Shown one piece after another: positions 34,337-44,032 of a stretch of 64,000 nucleotides of DNA. The notes below the pieces were generated by a model. That model saw only the letters and a list, made by a program, of their open reading frames with translations. It was not told the DNA's origin and made no database searches. The position numbers and the translations under genes were made by a program. Source of the stretch: Candidatus Latescibacterota bacterium (GTDB lineage: Bacteria; Latescibacterota; UBA2968). The first letter of the stretch is position 1. Each line of letters opens with the position of its first letter. Location of the stretch: the NCBI GenBank assembly GCA_965116885.1, contig OZ220741.1:4512001-4576000 (forward strand), read 5' to 3'.

Positions 34337-35256
34337 TGGACTGTCTCCTGCGTCACAGAAGGTGTAACCAGAGTGCTCACAATGTCGCGCACGCCATCCA
34401 TCGCCTCGCGCGCCATGTAATCACGCGGTGCAAATTTGGCAAACTTGACCCGATCTGCCTCATTCAAAAAACCTTCTATAGCCATCACCAATTGGTCGTC
34501 AAACGCCTGGGTACGCAGATCCCGCCCAATTTCAAACGTCGTACGCTCCAGTGCCTGCACGGGGGTTTTATCTTCCAAACACCGCCTCAAAACAGCCGAC
34601 AATAGAGAATAATACTGCCGGTAATTTTCCCGCTCTATCAGCCCTAACTGTCCCACCCTGTCCAACTCCTCTAACCAGTTGACAGGCGGCGGTGGCAACT
34701 CGGCTCTGGGGCGACGCCCGCGGCGATAAACATACCAGACCAATCCTGCAAGCAATAGAATCAGCCCGCCAACCACCAGCCAAAACCACACGGGAATCTG
34801 TGCGACCACAACCATCGGAGGCTTCACATCGCGAATATCCGTTGTGCCTTCTGGTCTGACACTCCGCACCAATACATCAATGGGTTGCGACGCGATTTTT
34901 CCAGAATCTCCCTCTGCATCGACAAAATGCACTGAAACGGGCGGCACGCGAAATGCGCCCACCTGATAAATCGCCAGCACGATGTCTTGCGTTTCCCGCA
35001 CCCGTCCATTTTCAAGTTGCTCTATTTCAACTTCGCCTGTGTACCGAATTTCAAATGGCTGGGGAAAATCTTTTTCGTACGCGATTTCTGCCTTATCATC
35101 AACCCCGCGATGGATGCGCAGACGCAAAACAAAAGGGTCGCCAATTGTAATGGTGTCGCGGTCAATCCCTGTCAAAAATTCTACCGTTGCATCGGTCGGA
35201 ACGGTTTGTATTCCGATCCAAACTATGACGAAAAAGAAAAAATAAATTTTACGCAT
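34333..35256 (-). CDS. bat-operon-associated membrane protein (Ig-like domain + TM)
   Basis: Signal peptide, TIGDP, IRDVKPP, TM, ADRVKFAK; typical of the gene preceding batA; start overlap with batA. Confidence 0.7.
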   Translation of the reverse strand: MRKIYFFFFVIVWIGIQTVPTDATVEFLTGIDRDTITIGDPFVLRLRIHRGVDDKAEIAYEKDFPQPFEIRYTGEVEIEQLENGRVRETQDIVLAIYQVGAFRVPPVSVHFVDAEGDSGKIASQPIDVLVRSVRPEGTTDIRDVKPPMVVVAQIPVWFWLVVGGLILLLAGLVWYVYRRGRRPRAELPPPPVNWLEELDRVGQLGLIERENYRQYYSLLSAVLRRCLEDKTPVQALERTTFEIGRDLRTQAFDDQLVMAIEGFLNEADRVKFAKFAPRDYMAREAMDGVRDIVSTLVTPSVTQETVQ

Positions 35257-35341
35257 GACGAATCAACGGAATGGAGTACAACTGGTTCAGGCCAGTTCAA
35301 TCGAGCATGACTGCGCCAGCAGTTCATCAGCGAATCTCGCA

Positions 35342-36709
35342 CTAATTTGGGGGGGCAGGGCGGGATTCGTCTATATGGAGTTGCAACCACGACATCACCG
35401 AATACGGCAATACAACCACCTCGCGGTGCGTTTTGGCCGTGCCGTACCAAAAATTGTTGGTCTGCCCAATGATCAGTTCTTGCACCAGAGTTTCACCCCG
35501 CCACAAAGAAACCGTCAACACGGGGTCATTCAGACTATCTGCGGCGGATTTATCCACTTGATCGGGAAACTCGACAACGACCAGATTGTGAACGCGGTCA
35601 ATCAAATCTTCAATGTTGGCGTCCCCTTTGACAATGCGCCTACCCCCTACCACCACCTGCCATAAGCCATCCCCATCCTTCGCACAATTCACCACGCTGT
35701 CTCGATAGGCCAACCGCACGCGATCAACTCCTGTGCGATCAAACTCAAAAACGCGCTTATAACGCAATCGGGCCAATGGAATATCCAGAGCTTCTGCGAG
35801 CAATTGTTCGACGATAAACACCTGCGGCCGACTCATTACGCGCCCATACCACAGTTTCTGCCGAACATTGGGAACGCGCCTGCCCAACAACAGCGTATTG
35901 GGCACTTCATTATCTATTAAATGCAGCACAACTTTGTAATCCGGATTGTCGAACCCGTAAGTTGTGGGATCTTCCACTGCCTCTTTGTGAAAAGATGTAA
36001 CGCGCTCATCTTTCAACTGTCTCAACAATGTCAAAATCTCGCGCGCATCAGCCCGCTCTTTTATCGGCTGAACGAGATGCCACTTCAACCCATCCCGCAC
36101 GACCTCATAAACGCCTCCAGGCGTTTGGAAATACGCTCGCGAGACCAAATCGGGATCAAAGGAAAACGCCCGCGTATCGCGCAATGCCATCAGCGGACGA
36201 TTAAACCGCGCGCGATATTGTTTTTTTGTCAACACGACCTTATCCCCTCCCGACCAGGTCAGATAGCACCCCTGCTTTGAGGGAATATCATCTCCAAAAA
36301 ACAACCACACGGGATCGCCTGATACCGGTTCAAATCGCACCTCAACCACGGGAGGATCCAACCCAAAATCGGCGAGATTAGTCTCTGCGTAATCGCCTTC
36401 ATCAACCACAACACGACCGCGTTCAACAATCTGTGCGATCTCGATCATACCCTCAAATTCTATCCAATCTGCAGGTACTTCCAGCGGCGCGATCAGCACC
36501 CACTCATTGCCGCGCTTCTCAGCGATAAAGTGCCCGTAGTCATTGGCCAATGTCAACCGCGCAACACCGTGCCGCTGAACTTCAATAAACGCATTCTTTG
36601 CCTCAATCTCGCGTTGTTCCTCTGCCATGCGAGGACGTTCAAATAAAAAGACAAACCCCACCAGGCCCAAAAGCAAAACCGCCAAAATCGCTGTCACCTT
36701 AAGACCCAC
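35342..36709 (-). CDS. DUF4340-domain protein (GldG-type ABC-system partner)
   Basis: N-terminal TM; repeated W.L..P...AD and FGLDPP/YGFDNP motifs; follows GldG gene; GTG start after AGGA. Confidence 0.75.
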   Translation of the reverse strand: MGLKVTAILAVLLLGLVGFVFLFERPRMAEEQREIEAKNAFIEVQRHGVARLTLANDYGHFIAEKRGNEWVLIAPLEVPADWIEFEGMIEIAQIVERGRVVVDEGDYAETNLADFGLDPPVVEVRFEPVSGDPVWLFFGDDIPSKQGCYLTWSGGDKVVLTKKQYRARFNRPLMALRDTRAFSFDPDLVSRAYFQTPGGVYEVVRDGLKWHLVQPIKERADAREILTLLRQLKDERVTSFHKEAVEDPTTYGFDNPDYKVVLHLIDNEVPNTLLLGRRVPNVRQKLWYGRVMSRPQVFIVEQLLAEALDIPLARLRYKRVFEFDRTGVDRVRLAYRDSVVNCAKDGDGLWQVVVGGRRIVKGDANIEDLIDRVHNLVVVEFPDQVDKSAADSLNDPVLTVSLWRGETLVQELIIGQTNNFWYGTAKTHREVVVLPYSVMSWLQLHIDESRPAPPN

Positions 36710-36720
36710 AATTTATTCCT

Positions 36721-36872
36721 CAGTAGTCAGTAGTCAGTAGTCAGTAGTCAGTAGTCAGTAGTCAGTAGTCAGTAGTCAGTAGTCAGTAGTCAGTAGTCAG
36801 TAGTCAGTAGTCAGTAGTCAGTAGTCAGTAGTCAGTAGTCAGTAGTCAGTAGTCAGTGGTTAGTGGTTAGTT
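36721..36872. repeat. Tandem heptamer repeat (CAGTAGT) x19 perfect plus 2-3 degenerate copies
   Basis: Perfect 36721-36853, then CAGTGGT TAGTGGT TAGTT. Confidence 0.97.
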
Positions 36873-36918
36873 ACTTCATCCAACCAGTTCATCTTCTTTC
36901 ATCTGCGGATCACCCTTC

Positions 36919-38313
36919 TCATCGCCTGCGCCACCAGACCAGCACACCCGCGACAATTGGAATACCAGGCAGCACCAGCCAATACACCCACCGAATCCAA
37001 AATTCATCGCCCGGATTCAATGTCAGCGGGCGAAAAAGCGTACTTTTGGGCCGAATCGTAATTTTATCACGCGCCCTGAGCAACCAATTCGCTGCATTCA
37101 TAAATAAATCGCCGTTGCCGGCCCCAGGCACCTCTACAAAGCGATTGCTCGCAAAATCCGAATCGCCAAATACCACAATCCGCGCCCGTCCCCCACGTCG
37201 ATCATCACCCGCTTTCGCAGCAATAGTGGCCGGGCCTTCCACAACCATCGCCAACCACAGCGGCCCCGGTTGGTCAGCCCCGGATGTGTATTGTACCGCC
37301 TCTTTGTCTTTGGCAGAAACAGCGTTCAAATTGGTCTCGCTCCAACTATTCGGCGAAGACAGCACCAGCGAAGAAACATCGGCGCCCGGCAAAGACCCCA
37401 CATGTTCCATCGAGCGCACCAATGGATAAAACGTCTGCAATCCCGAATGCTTCTCCGTAATGGGATGTTTGCTATAATGCGTCGTCACGGGAACCGAAAA
37501 ATCTGCGCCCGTCAGCACCTGGCTTTTATCGACCACAAAATCATTTCGCAGGCCAATAGACCACTTTCGCAACAGCGGCTCAAGCCCTGTATCGATGAGC
37601 GGATCCAGCAAAAAGAATGCCGCTCCTCCCCGATTGAGATACGTCGCTACAATATCGATCTCTGCTGGCAAAAACGGGCGTTTTGGTCCCGCGACAATCA
37701 GCGCATCACAATCTTTTGGCACGCGCTGTGATTGCGCCAGCACCAGGGATGGACGCACATCGTGGTTGCCTTCTATGAGCAACTGCTTAATCCCGGAAAA
37801 TCCCTGCTCTGATTGATCGTCGGGATGCGCCTCATCGTGTCCCCCCACAAAATATACCACCTGCCGCTCTTCGCTCATCAAACGCGCAATGCCATTAGTC
37901 AGCGCTTTTTCAGACGTCTCCTGAATCCGTTCTTCCCGATTGCCATATTCGATCACCGAAACACCATATCGGGTCACAGTATATCGCCTGGCCTCAATAG
38001 GCTCCCTATCGGGATCGACAAACCGGTACGCGAAACGCCTCGAATGATAGGCGTACTGTTTGAGCAAATGCTCGTAATCGCGCTGCTCTGCTTCGCGAAA
38101 AAACGCCACCACATTGACATCCTCAGACAAATTTTCCAAAAGAGAAATCGTTTGGGGCGACAGCGTATAAAGACCGCGAGCCGTCAGGTCAAAGCGCGCG
38201 TGATACCGCGTGGTCAAAAAATTAACCACCGCCAGAATACCCAGCGTGATCAACACCGCCACAAGGGCATTAGACCCGTATTTCAATATCCGATGCGATA
38301 AAAATTTGGGCAT
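36919..38313 (-). CDS. GldG family ABC-type auxiliary/substrate-binding protein
   Basis: N-terminal TM, RFDLT..LYTLS..T, FVDPD, GHDE, AGPK, GDSDF, N.DLFMNA.NWL, C-terminal TM + WWRRR. Confidence 0.85.
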   Translation of the reverse strand: MPKFLSHRILKYGSNALVAVLITLGILAVVNFLTTRYHARFDLTARGLYTLSPQTISLLENLSEDVNVVAFFREAEQRDYEHLLKQYAYHSRRFAYRFVDPDREPIEARRYTVTRYGVSVIEYGNREERIQETSEKALTNGIARLMSEERQVVYFVGGHDEAHPDDQSEQGFSGIKQLLIEGNHDVRPSLVLAQSQRVPKDCDALIVAGPKRPFLPAEIDIVATYLNRGGAAFFLLDPLIDTGLEPLLRKWSIGLRNDFVVDKSQVLTGADFSVPVTTHYSKHPITEKHSGLQTFYPLVRSMEHVGSLPGADVSSLVLSSPNSWSETNLNAVSAKDKEAVQYTSGADQPGPLWLAMVVEGPATIAAKAGDDRRGGRARIVVFGDSDFASNRFVEVPGAGNGDLFMNAANWLLRARDKITIRPKSTLFRPLTLNPGDEFWIRWVYWLVLPGIPIVAGVLVWWRRR

Positions 38314-38317
38314 AAAT

Positions 38318-39520
38318 CTATCCCCTATTTCTTTCCTGAGTAATCAAGTATTCGGCTACTGCGCGTGCCACAATAACTTCTTCGTCGGTCTGGACAACCA
38401 GAACGGCAACCGCGCTGTCAGATGTCGAAATCATCCCGTCTGCGGAAGGATCGGCATTTGCGACCTCGTCGAGGTGAACGCCCAAGTATTCGAGCCCGGT
38501 GCAGACGCGCCGACGCACATTTGCCCCGCGTTCCCCAATGCCCCCGGCAAAAGCAATCGCATCCAGACCGCCCAGTGCGGCGGTGCAAGCACCGATTTCT
38601 CTTTTGATCCCATAACAAAATGCCTCCAGAGCGAGACGCGCACGCGCGTGCCCCTTTTGAGCGGCTTCTTCGAGATCGCGCACATCGCCGCTAATACCCG
38701 AAATGCCGAGCAAACCGCTTTCTTCTGACAGGATGCGGCTCATCTCGCTCGTCGATAAATTTTTCTGGTCCATTATATAGGGAATAATGAACGGATCAAT
38801 AGTTCCAATGCGCGTGCTATTGATAATACCATTTTGAGGAGAAAAACCCATTGAGGTATCTACAGATTGACCGTTGTGAACCGCGCACAAAGAGGCACTC
38901 CCGCCGAGATGGCAGGATACCATGCGGAGATCCTCGCGGTTGAGTATTTGCGCCGTGCGTTGCGAAACATAGCGATGGGACGCGCCGTGGAAGCCGTATT
39001 TGCGAACCCCGTATTTTTCATACCAGTCGTAGGGGACGCTGTAGATATAGGCATAATCGGGTATGTTGACGTGGAAGGCGGCTTCAAAAAGTCCAATCAG
39101 GGGCAGGTTGGGAGCGCATTGTGCGAAGATGCGAATCGCCTGGATATAGGGCGGATTGTGGGCAGGCGCGAGGCTATTGTAATCCGCCATGCGCTGCAAA
39201 ATATCTTCTGTGAGAAGATGCGTACCCACTTCCCCGCGCATGTGAACGGTTTTGAATCCAACGGCATTGAGGTCAGATAAGTCAGTTAGGACGCCGGTGT
39301 GCACATCTGTAAGACGCGCAATAACATCGCGGACAGCAGAGGGATAATCCGGCAAGTGTTGTTCAGTTTCAACAGCGTATTCGCCAATCTGATGTGCAAT
39401 GGGAGAAGACAAATCGCCGATGCGTTCGAGACGGCCTTCGGCGAGCACTGTTTCATCGGTCATATCAAACAAGCGATATTTGAACGAAGTAGAGCCTGCG
39501 TTTGCAATGAGGATTTTCAT
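38318..39520 (-). CDS. ackA: Acetate/propionate kinase (BMC-associated type)
   Basis: ANAGSTSFK, APAHN, YGFHGASH, HLGGSAS, TSMGFSP, GGIGE, TDEE. Confidence 0.9.
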   Translation of the reverse strand: MKILIANAGSTSFKYRLFDMTDETVLAEGRLERIGDLSSPIAHQIGEYAVETEQHLPDYPSAVRDVIARLTDVHTGVLTDLSDLNAVGFKTVHMRGEVGTHLLTEDILQRMADYNSLAPAHNPPYIQAIRIFAQCAPNLPLIGLFEAAFHVNIPDYAYIYSVPYDWYEKYGVRKYGFHGASHRYVSQRTAQILNREDLRMVSCHLGGSASLCAVHNGQSVDTSMGFSPQNGIINSTRIGTIDPFIIPYIMDQKNLSTSEMSRILSEESGLLGISGISGDVRDLEEAAQKGHARARLALEAFCYGIKREIGACTAALGGLDAIAFAGGIGERGANVRRRVCTGLEYLGVHLDEVANADPSADGMISTSDSAVAVLVVQTDEEVIVARAVAEYLITQERNRG

Positions 39521-40740
39521 GGTCTAACTGTTTCAAGCCTCTGCAGGGGCTTATCGGCAATGGGCAAATGAACGAGAGATGAAGTCACAGCCAGGAGAAT
39601 CGCGGCAATCCAAATCATATCGTAAGACCCCGTCGCATCATACACGCGCCCGGCCAGCCACACGCCCAAAAAACTGCCAATCTGATGGCTGAAAAAGACA
39701 ATGCCATACAGAGTGGAAAGATAGCGCGAACCAAAGATCTGCGCGACAGTGCCACTGGTCAGCGGAACGGTTGCAAGCCACAAGAAACCAATCAAACTGC
39801 CAAACACAAGGGCCGACGTATTTGTGACGGGTATGAAAAGAAATCCACTAATGACAATGGCGCGACCAAAATAAAGCAAACTCAAAAGATATTTTTTTCG
39901 ATATCGGTCGCCGAGTTGCCCCGAAAGATAAGATCCAAAAATATTAAAAAGGCCAATCAGGGATAACGCCGTTGCACCGACCATTTTTGAAAGGCCGTGA
40001 TCAGTCAGAAATGCGGGCAGATGGGTGGCAATAAATGCCACGTGAAATCCACACACAAAAAATCCCGCATTGAGCAACCAGTACCCCGAATGACTGCGCG
40101 CCTGAAGAAGTGCTTGAAGCAGACTGCCATCGTGGGATTCAATGGTATTTGGGGACACCTCTCGCCCGCGCGATGGAATCCCAATGGCGAGAAAGGCACT
40201 TACCCCCGCGACCAGCGCGATGAAAGCGAATGAAGATTGCCAGCCCACGCCAGAGAGAAGCCATTGAACACCCGGCACGAGCGCAAAAGTTCCAAAAGAA
40301 CCCGCGGCAGTGATAAGCCCAAAAAACGAAGCGCGTTTCTCCGGTGCAACAACCTGAGCGACCGCACCGAGGACCACCACATAGGAAATGCTGCTGAGTG
40401 CGATGCCCATGAGTACACCGAGCACGGTGTACAGACCAAGAGGCGTGCTGACAGAAGATAAAAGAAAAAAACAGACTGCATAGAGCAACGCGCCGCCAGC
40501 AACAACCCATCGCGGCCCAAAATGATCTGATAGAATGCCCACGATGGGCAAACCAAAAATGAGGTTTTGCCATGCGATGGCCAGGCTAAAAACTTCGCGC
40601 CCAATACCGAGGTCCTGGCTGATCGGTGCCAAAAAAAGGCCAAAGGATTGGCGAATGCCCATACTGACAAACACAATCAGGGCACTACAAAATATGACAA
40701 TAGTCGCTTTGCGATTGGGCACTTTCCGATCCCATCTCAT
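39517..40740 (-). CDS. Major facilitator superfamily transporter
   Basis: About 12 TMs; GILSDHFGPR and GQLGDRYRKK loop motifs; FFVCGFHV, FFSHQIGSFLG. Confidence 0.9.
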   Translation of the reverse strand: MRWDRKVPNRKATIVIFCSALIVFVSMGIRQSFGLFLAPISQDLGIGREVFSLAIAWQNLIFGLPIVGILSDHFGPRWVVAGGALLYAVCFFLLSSVSTPLGLYTVLGVLMGIALSSISYVVVLGAVAQVVAPEKRASFFGLITAAGSFGTFALVPGVQWLLSGVGWQSSFAFIALVAGVSAFLAIGIPSRGREVSPNTIESHDGSLLQALLQARSHSGYWLLNAGFFVCGFHVAFIATHLPAFLTDHGLSKMVGATALSLIGLFNIFGSYLSGQLGDRYRKKYLLSLLYFGRAIVISGFLFIPVTNTSALVFGSLIGFLWLATVPLTSGTVAQIFGSRYLSTLYGIVFFSHQIGSFLGVWLAGRVYDATGSYDMIWIAAILLAVTSSLVHLPIADKPLQRLETVRP

Positions 40741-42035
40741 CTATGAACTACTGTCCCGTATTCATTGGGAATCGGTCCGTCGTATTCCCAGGTTTCCCAG
40801 GGCGTATCCCGATGCGATTTCCGAACGATGGCTCGAATTTCTAAAACAATATCTGGATATTCTGTTGCGAGATCATTTTGTTCGCCGATATCCGTCACCA
40901 AATCGTAGAGTTCGACAACGCCTTCGGGATTGGTATGCCCCTCGGGCAAATACCCTTTCCAATCACCCAGACGAACAGCACTGACACCACATCGCTCCCA
41001 GTAGAGAAATTCGTGAACCTGTTGGGTATCGCGGTCCAGGAGCGCAGGCAACATAGAAATGCCATCAACCGGTTTCTCGATAGACGTATCAGCCAATTCG
41101 CAGAACGTGGGCAACATATCCTGAAAACCCGAATAATGTGCGCTCACAGTACCGGGTTGAATCGTTCCCGGCCACCGGGCGACAAAAGGTACGCGGATAC
41201 CACCTTCGTAGAGGCTCCCCTTTTTTGCGCGAAGTGGTCCAGCAGCGTTGAAATGTCCAAGCGTATTGCCACTGCCGTGGGGACCGTTATCGCTCGTGAA
41301 GATAACAAGCGTATTTTCGGCAATGCCAAGCGCGTCGAGCATATCCAATAGCGTGCCAATATCGCGGTCCATGCGCGTAATCATAGCTGCCTGCGTCTTC
41401 TGATTTTCCGTCCAGGGCTTGTCTTTGTAAATATCGAGAGATGGAATTTCGAATCTGGTGTGTGGAATAGTGTAAGCCAAATAGAGAAAAAATGGATTGG
41501 TTTTCTGATCGCGAACAAATTGCAAAGCCTCAGCCGTGAGCAGATCGTGTGAATACGATTCGCCGTAGAGCATGATTTTCTGATCGTTTCGCCAGAGGTG
41601 CTGCGGATAATACGTGTGGGCTTCGCGCTGGCAATTGTACCCAAAAAAGTGATCAAACCCCTGATTGTTGGGGTCGCCTTCCGATCCCGGATATCCCAAT
41701 CCCCATTTGCCAATACAGGCAGTGGCATAACCGCCCTTTTTGAGCAATTTGGCAACCGTCTGCGTCTCCTCGGGAATGGGCACATTGCCCTCAATGGGCA
41801 AAGCGCGATTGTCCCGCACATAGCAATGCCCCGTATGCAGACCTGTCATAAGCACACACCGCGAAGGCGCGCACACCGAAGACCCGGCATAGTGATCCGT
41901 AAAACGAATGCCCTCTGCTGCGATGCGGTCAATATTGGGCGTATAAATAAACTCCTGGCCAAAACAACCCAGATCGCCATAGCCGAGATCGTCCGAGAGG
42001 ATATAGATAATATTAGGCAGAGAATTTTTAGACAT
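40737..42035 (-). CDS. Arylsulfatase (formylglycine-dependent, S1 family), no signal peptide
   Basis: PNIIYILSDDLGYGD, CAPSR...LMTG, GKWGLG, SDNG, KGSLYEGGIRVP. Confidence 0.93.
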   Translation of the reverse strand: MSKNSLPNIIYILSDDLGYGDLGCFGQEFIYTPNIDRIAAEGIRFTDHYAGSSVCAPSRCVLMTGLHTGHCYVRDNRALPIEGNVPIPEETQTVAKLLKKGGYATACIGKWGLGYPGSEGDPNNQGFDHFFGYNCQREAHTYYPQHLWRNDQKIMLYGESYSHDLLTAEALQFVRDQKTNPFFLYLAYTIPHTRFEIPSLDIYKDKPWTENQKTQAAMITRMDRDIGTLLDMLDALGIAENTLVIFTSDNGPHGSGNTLGHFNAAGPLRAKKGSLYEGGIRVPFVARWPGTIQPGTVSAHYSGFQDMLPTFCELADTSIEKPVDGISMLPALLDRDTQQVHEFLYWERCGVSAVRLGDWKGYLPEGHTNPEGVVELYDLVTDIGEQNDLATEYPDIVLEIRAIVRKSHRDTPWETWEYDGPIPNEYGTVVHR

Positions 42036-42141
42036 GGGTTTTGTCCTCTACGCTACTTTCAAGAAAGCCATATTTAGTATATATTATACACAATGCGAAA
42101 TTCTGTCCATCTCGTTCATCCATATCGACAAGGAGCGCGCA

Positions 42142-42330
42142 TTGAAATCTCCAGCAGAAGAACGTTTGCGAAATCCTCCGCCAGACAGTGCCATTGCGCG
42201 AGCACGCGATTTTGGCATAGATCTCACACTGCTCATTGAACGATTGCGATTGACACCCGAAGAACGCGTGTTGCGCCTGCAACGGGAGATGATGGCCTTT
42301 GACCAAATACGCGGTATAATTAAAAAATAG
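42142..42330 (+). CDS. Small putative antitoxin (62 aa)
   Basis: AAGGAG then TTG start; GIDLTLLIERLRLTPEERV; 12 nt upstream of nucleotidyltransferase. Confidence 0.55.
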   Translation: MKSPAEERLRNPPPDSAIARARDFGIDLTLLIERLRLTPEERVLRLQREMMAFDQIRGIIKK

Positions 42331-42342
42331 GCATAAAATCGC

Positions 42343-42834
42343 ATGGTTAATCTAAAAAAAATTATTACTTGCCTAAAAAATAATCAGGTCGAATTTGTGG
42401 TAATTGGAGGCATAGCTGCGACTGTTCATGGTTCGGCTTATGTGACTTATGACCTCGATATTTGTTACGACCGTGATGTAGAGAATTTAGCACGAGTGGT
42501 AAAAGCACTTGCGCCATACCATCCCAGGCCGAGAGATATGCCGGATGATCTGCCATTTTTCTGGGATGAAAGAACCCTGCACCGCGGTTTGAATTTTACA
42601 CTCAAAACAGACCTGGGTGATATAGACCTGCTGGGCGAAGTCGCAGGTATTGGCACTTTTGAACAGGCATTGGCCTCATCTATTTTAATTCAACTTTTCG
42701 GAGTAGAATGCGCAGTACTCTCCCTCAAAGCGTTGATCAAAGCCAAACGCGCTGCTGACCGCCCCAAGGATCATCTAATTTTGCCAGAACTGGAAGCTTT
42801 ACTCGAAGCCAATAACGATGCTTCCACTCATTGA
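42343..42834 (+). CDS. Nucleotidyltransferase, MenT/AbiEii-like putative toxin
   Basis: VIGGIAATVHG...T.DLDI; IDLL; LIKAK...RPKD motifs of Pol-beta-superfamily TA nucleotidyltransferases. Confidence 0.75.
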   Translation: MVNLKKIITCLKNNQVEFVVIGGIAATVHGSAYVTYDLDICYDRDVENLARVVKALAPYHPRPRDMPDDLPFFWDERTLHRGLNFTLKTDLGDIDLLGEVAGIGTFEQALASSILIQLFGVECAVLSLKALIKAKRAADRPKDHLILPELEALLEANNDASTH

Positions 42835-42873
42835 GCAGGCGTCAATATCCTCTCAGGTCACATTGGACCGTTC

Positions 42874-43695
42874 CTATTTTAACTCTTCCATAACCCTGCG
42901 AGTAATTTCCGCGATAAGGTCATCCTGGGAAGTTTGAGCAGAGGCTGTACCACCGGCACTCAACGTGCGAATCGTGGGAATGCCACCATTGGTTGCTGGT
43001 TGAGTTGTGGGTGCATCGGGGATATCGCACGCGGGATCGGGACCGCGAAGACCCATGCGGTTGCGAATCGCGACCAGTTTTTCCACCTGTTCCGCATTGA
43101 GTTCGTTATACCCGCCGAGTTGTTGTGCCACAAAAAGTATTTTCGCAAAATGCTCCAGCGTTTCCATCTTGTAATAGGCATTCATCACATCGCTGCCAAT
43201 CGTAGTCGCACCGTGATTTTCGAGCAAATAGGCGTCGTAATCTTTGACATATTGCCTGATCGGTTCGGATATCTCAGGCCCCCCCGGCGTACCGTATTCC
43301 ACAATGGGTATAGCACCCAGCGTGATAATCACCTCGGGCAAAACACACATGGTAAGGGGAACGCCTGCAACCGCAAAACCCGTAGCAGTTGGCGGATGCG
43401 CGTGTACCACAGCGCGCACATCGGGACGCTCGCGATAAAGAAAAATGTGCATCCCAATCTCCGACGAAGGCCGCTTTTGTCCACTTACAAGCGTGCCATC
43501 CATGTCCGTAATACAGAGATCTTCGACCTTGAGAAATCCCTTGGACATCCCCGTTGGCGTAGTGAGAATGCGGTCTTCTTCAACCCGGCAAGAGATATTG
43601 CCATCGTTGGAAGCGACAAAGCCGCGTTCGTACACGCGACGTCCGGCTTCAACAATATCGAGTTTGGCCTGATGGAGATTCATTTTATTTTTCAC
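42874..43695 (-). CDS. Class II aldolase (L-fuculose/rhamnulose-phosphate aldolase-like) with C-terminal encapsulation peptide
   Basis: DGNIS, TPTG, PSSE..MH, HAHPP, LENHG; P/T/A linker then DDLIAEITRRVMEELK. Confidence 0.88.
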   Translation of the reverse strand: MKNKMNLHQAKLDIVEAGRRVYERGFVASNDGNISCRVEEDRILTTPTGMSKGFLKVEDLCITDMDGTLVSGQKRPSSEIGMHIFLYRERPDVRAVVHAHPPTATGFAVAGVPLTMCVLPEVIITLGAIPIVEYGTPGGPEISEPIRQYVKDYDAYLLENHGATTIGSDVMNAYYKMETLEHFAKILFVAQQLGGYNELNAEQVEKLVAIRNRMGLRGPDPACDIPDAPTTQPATNGGIPTIRTLSAGGTASAQTSQDDLIAEITRRVMEELK

Positions 43696-43964
43696 CCCTT
43701 CATATCAATATCATCCACAACGCCGACGATAACGGAACGCACCGCTGGCAACTCCACATTGAGAACGAGACCTGCTGCGACGCCTTGCCGGATCACGAGA
43801 ACAATTTCGCCGCGCCCAACGCCCGTGGCATCAACCGCGAGCGCCGATGCGCCGTCATTCTTCCCATCGGGCGTAATGGGCTGCACCACCATGAGTTTAG
43901 CGCTGTTGTAATCGCTGTGTTTAATAGTCGATGTAACGCTACCGAGTACGCGGGCCAGGAACAT
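43692..43964 (-). CDS. BMC vertex protein (EutN/CcmL, BMC-P)
   Basis: MFLARVLGSVTSTIK...AVDATGVGRGE...IVGVVD. Confidence 0.93.
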   Translation of the reverse strand: MFLARVLGSVTSTIKHSDYNSAKLMVVQPITPDGKNDGASALAVDATGVGRGEIVLVIRQGVAAGLVLNVELPAVRSVIVGVVDDIDMKG

Positions 43965-44032
43965 ATAGAATTTGGAATTTGGGATTTAGCTACTTTCTCC
44001 CCTTCTTCTATGGGGAGCCGGAGGGTAGGGCC

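Noticed and set aside
36721..36872. Possible CRISPR array
   Set aside because: Pure 7-nt tandem repeat with no unique spacers and no cas genes in the window.
43997..44032. CTCCCC-N9-GGGGAG hairpin between two BMC-P genes as terminator or REP element
   Set aside because: Short stem, no U tract on the coding strand and no clear second copy; at most an mRNA-stabilising hairpin.
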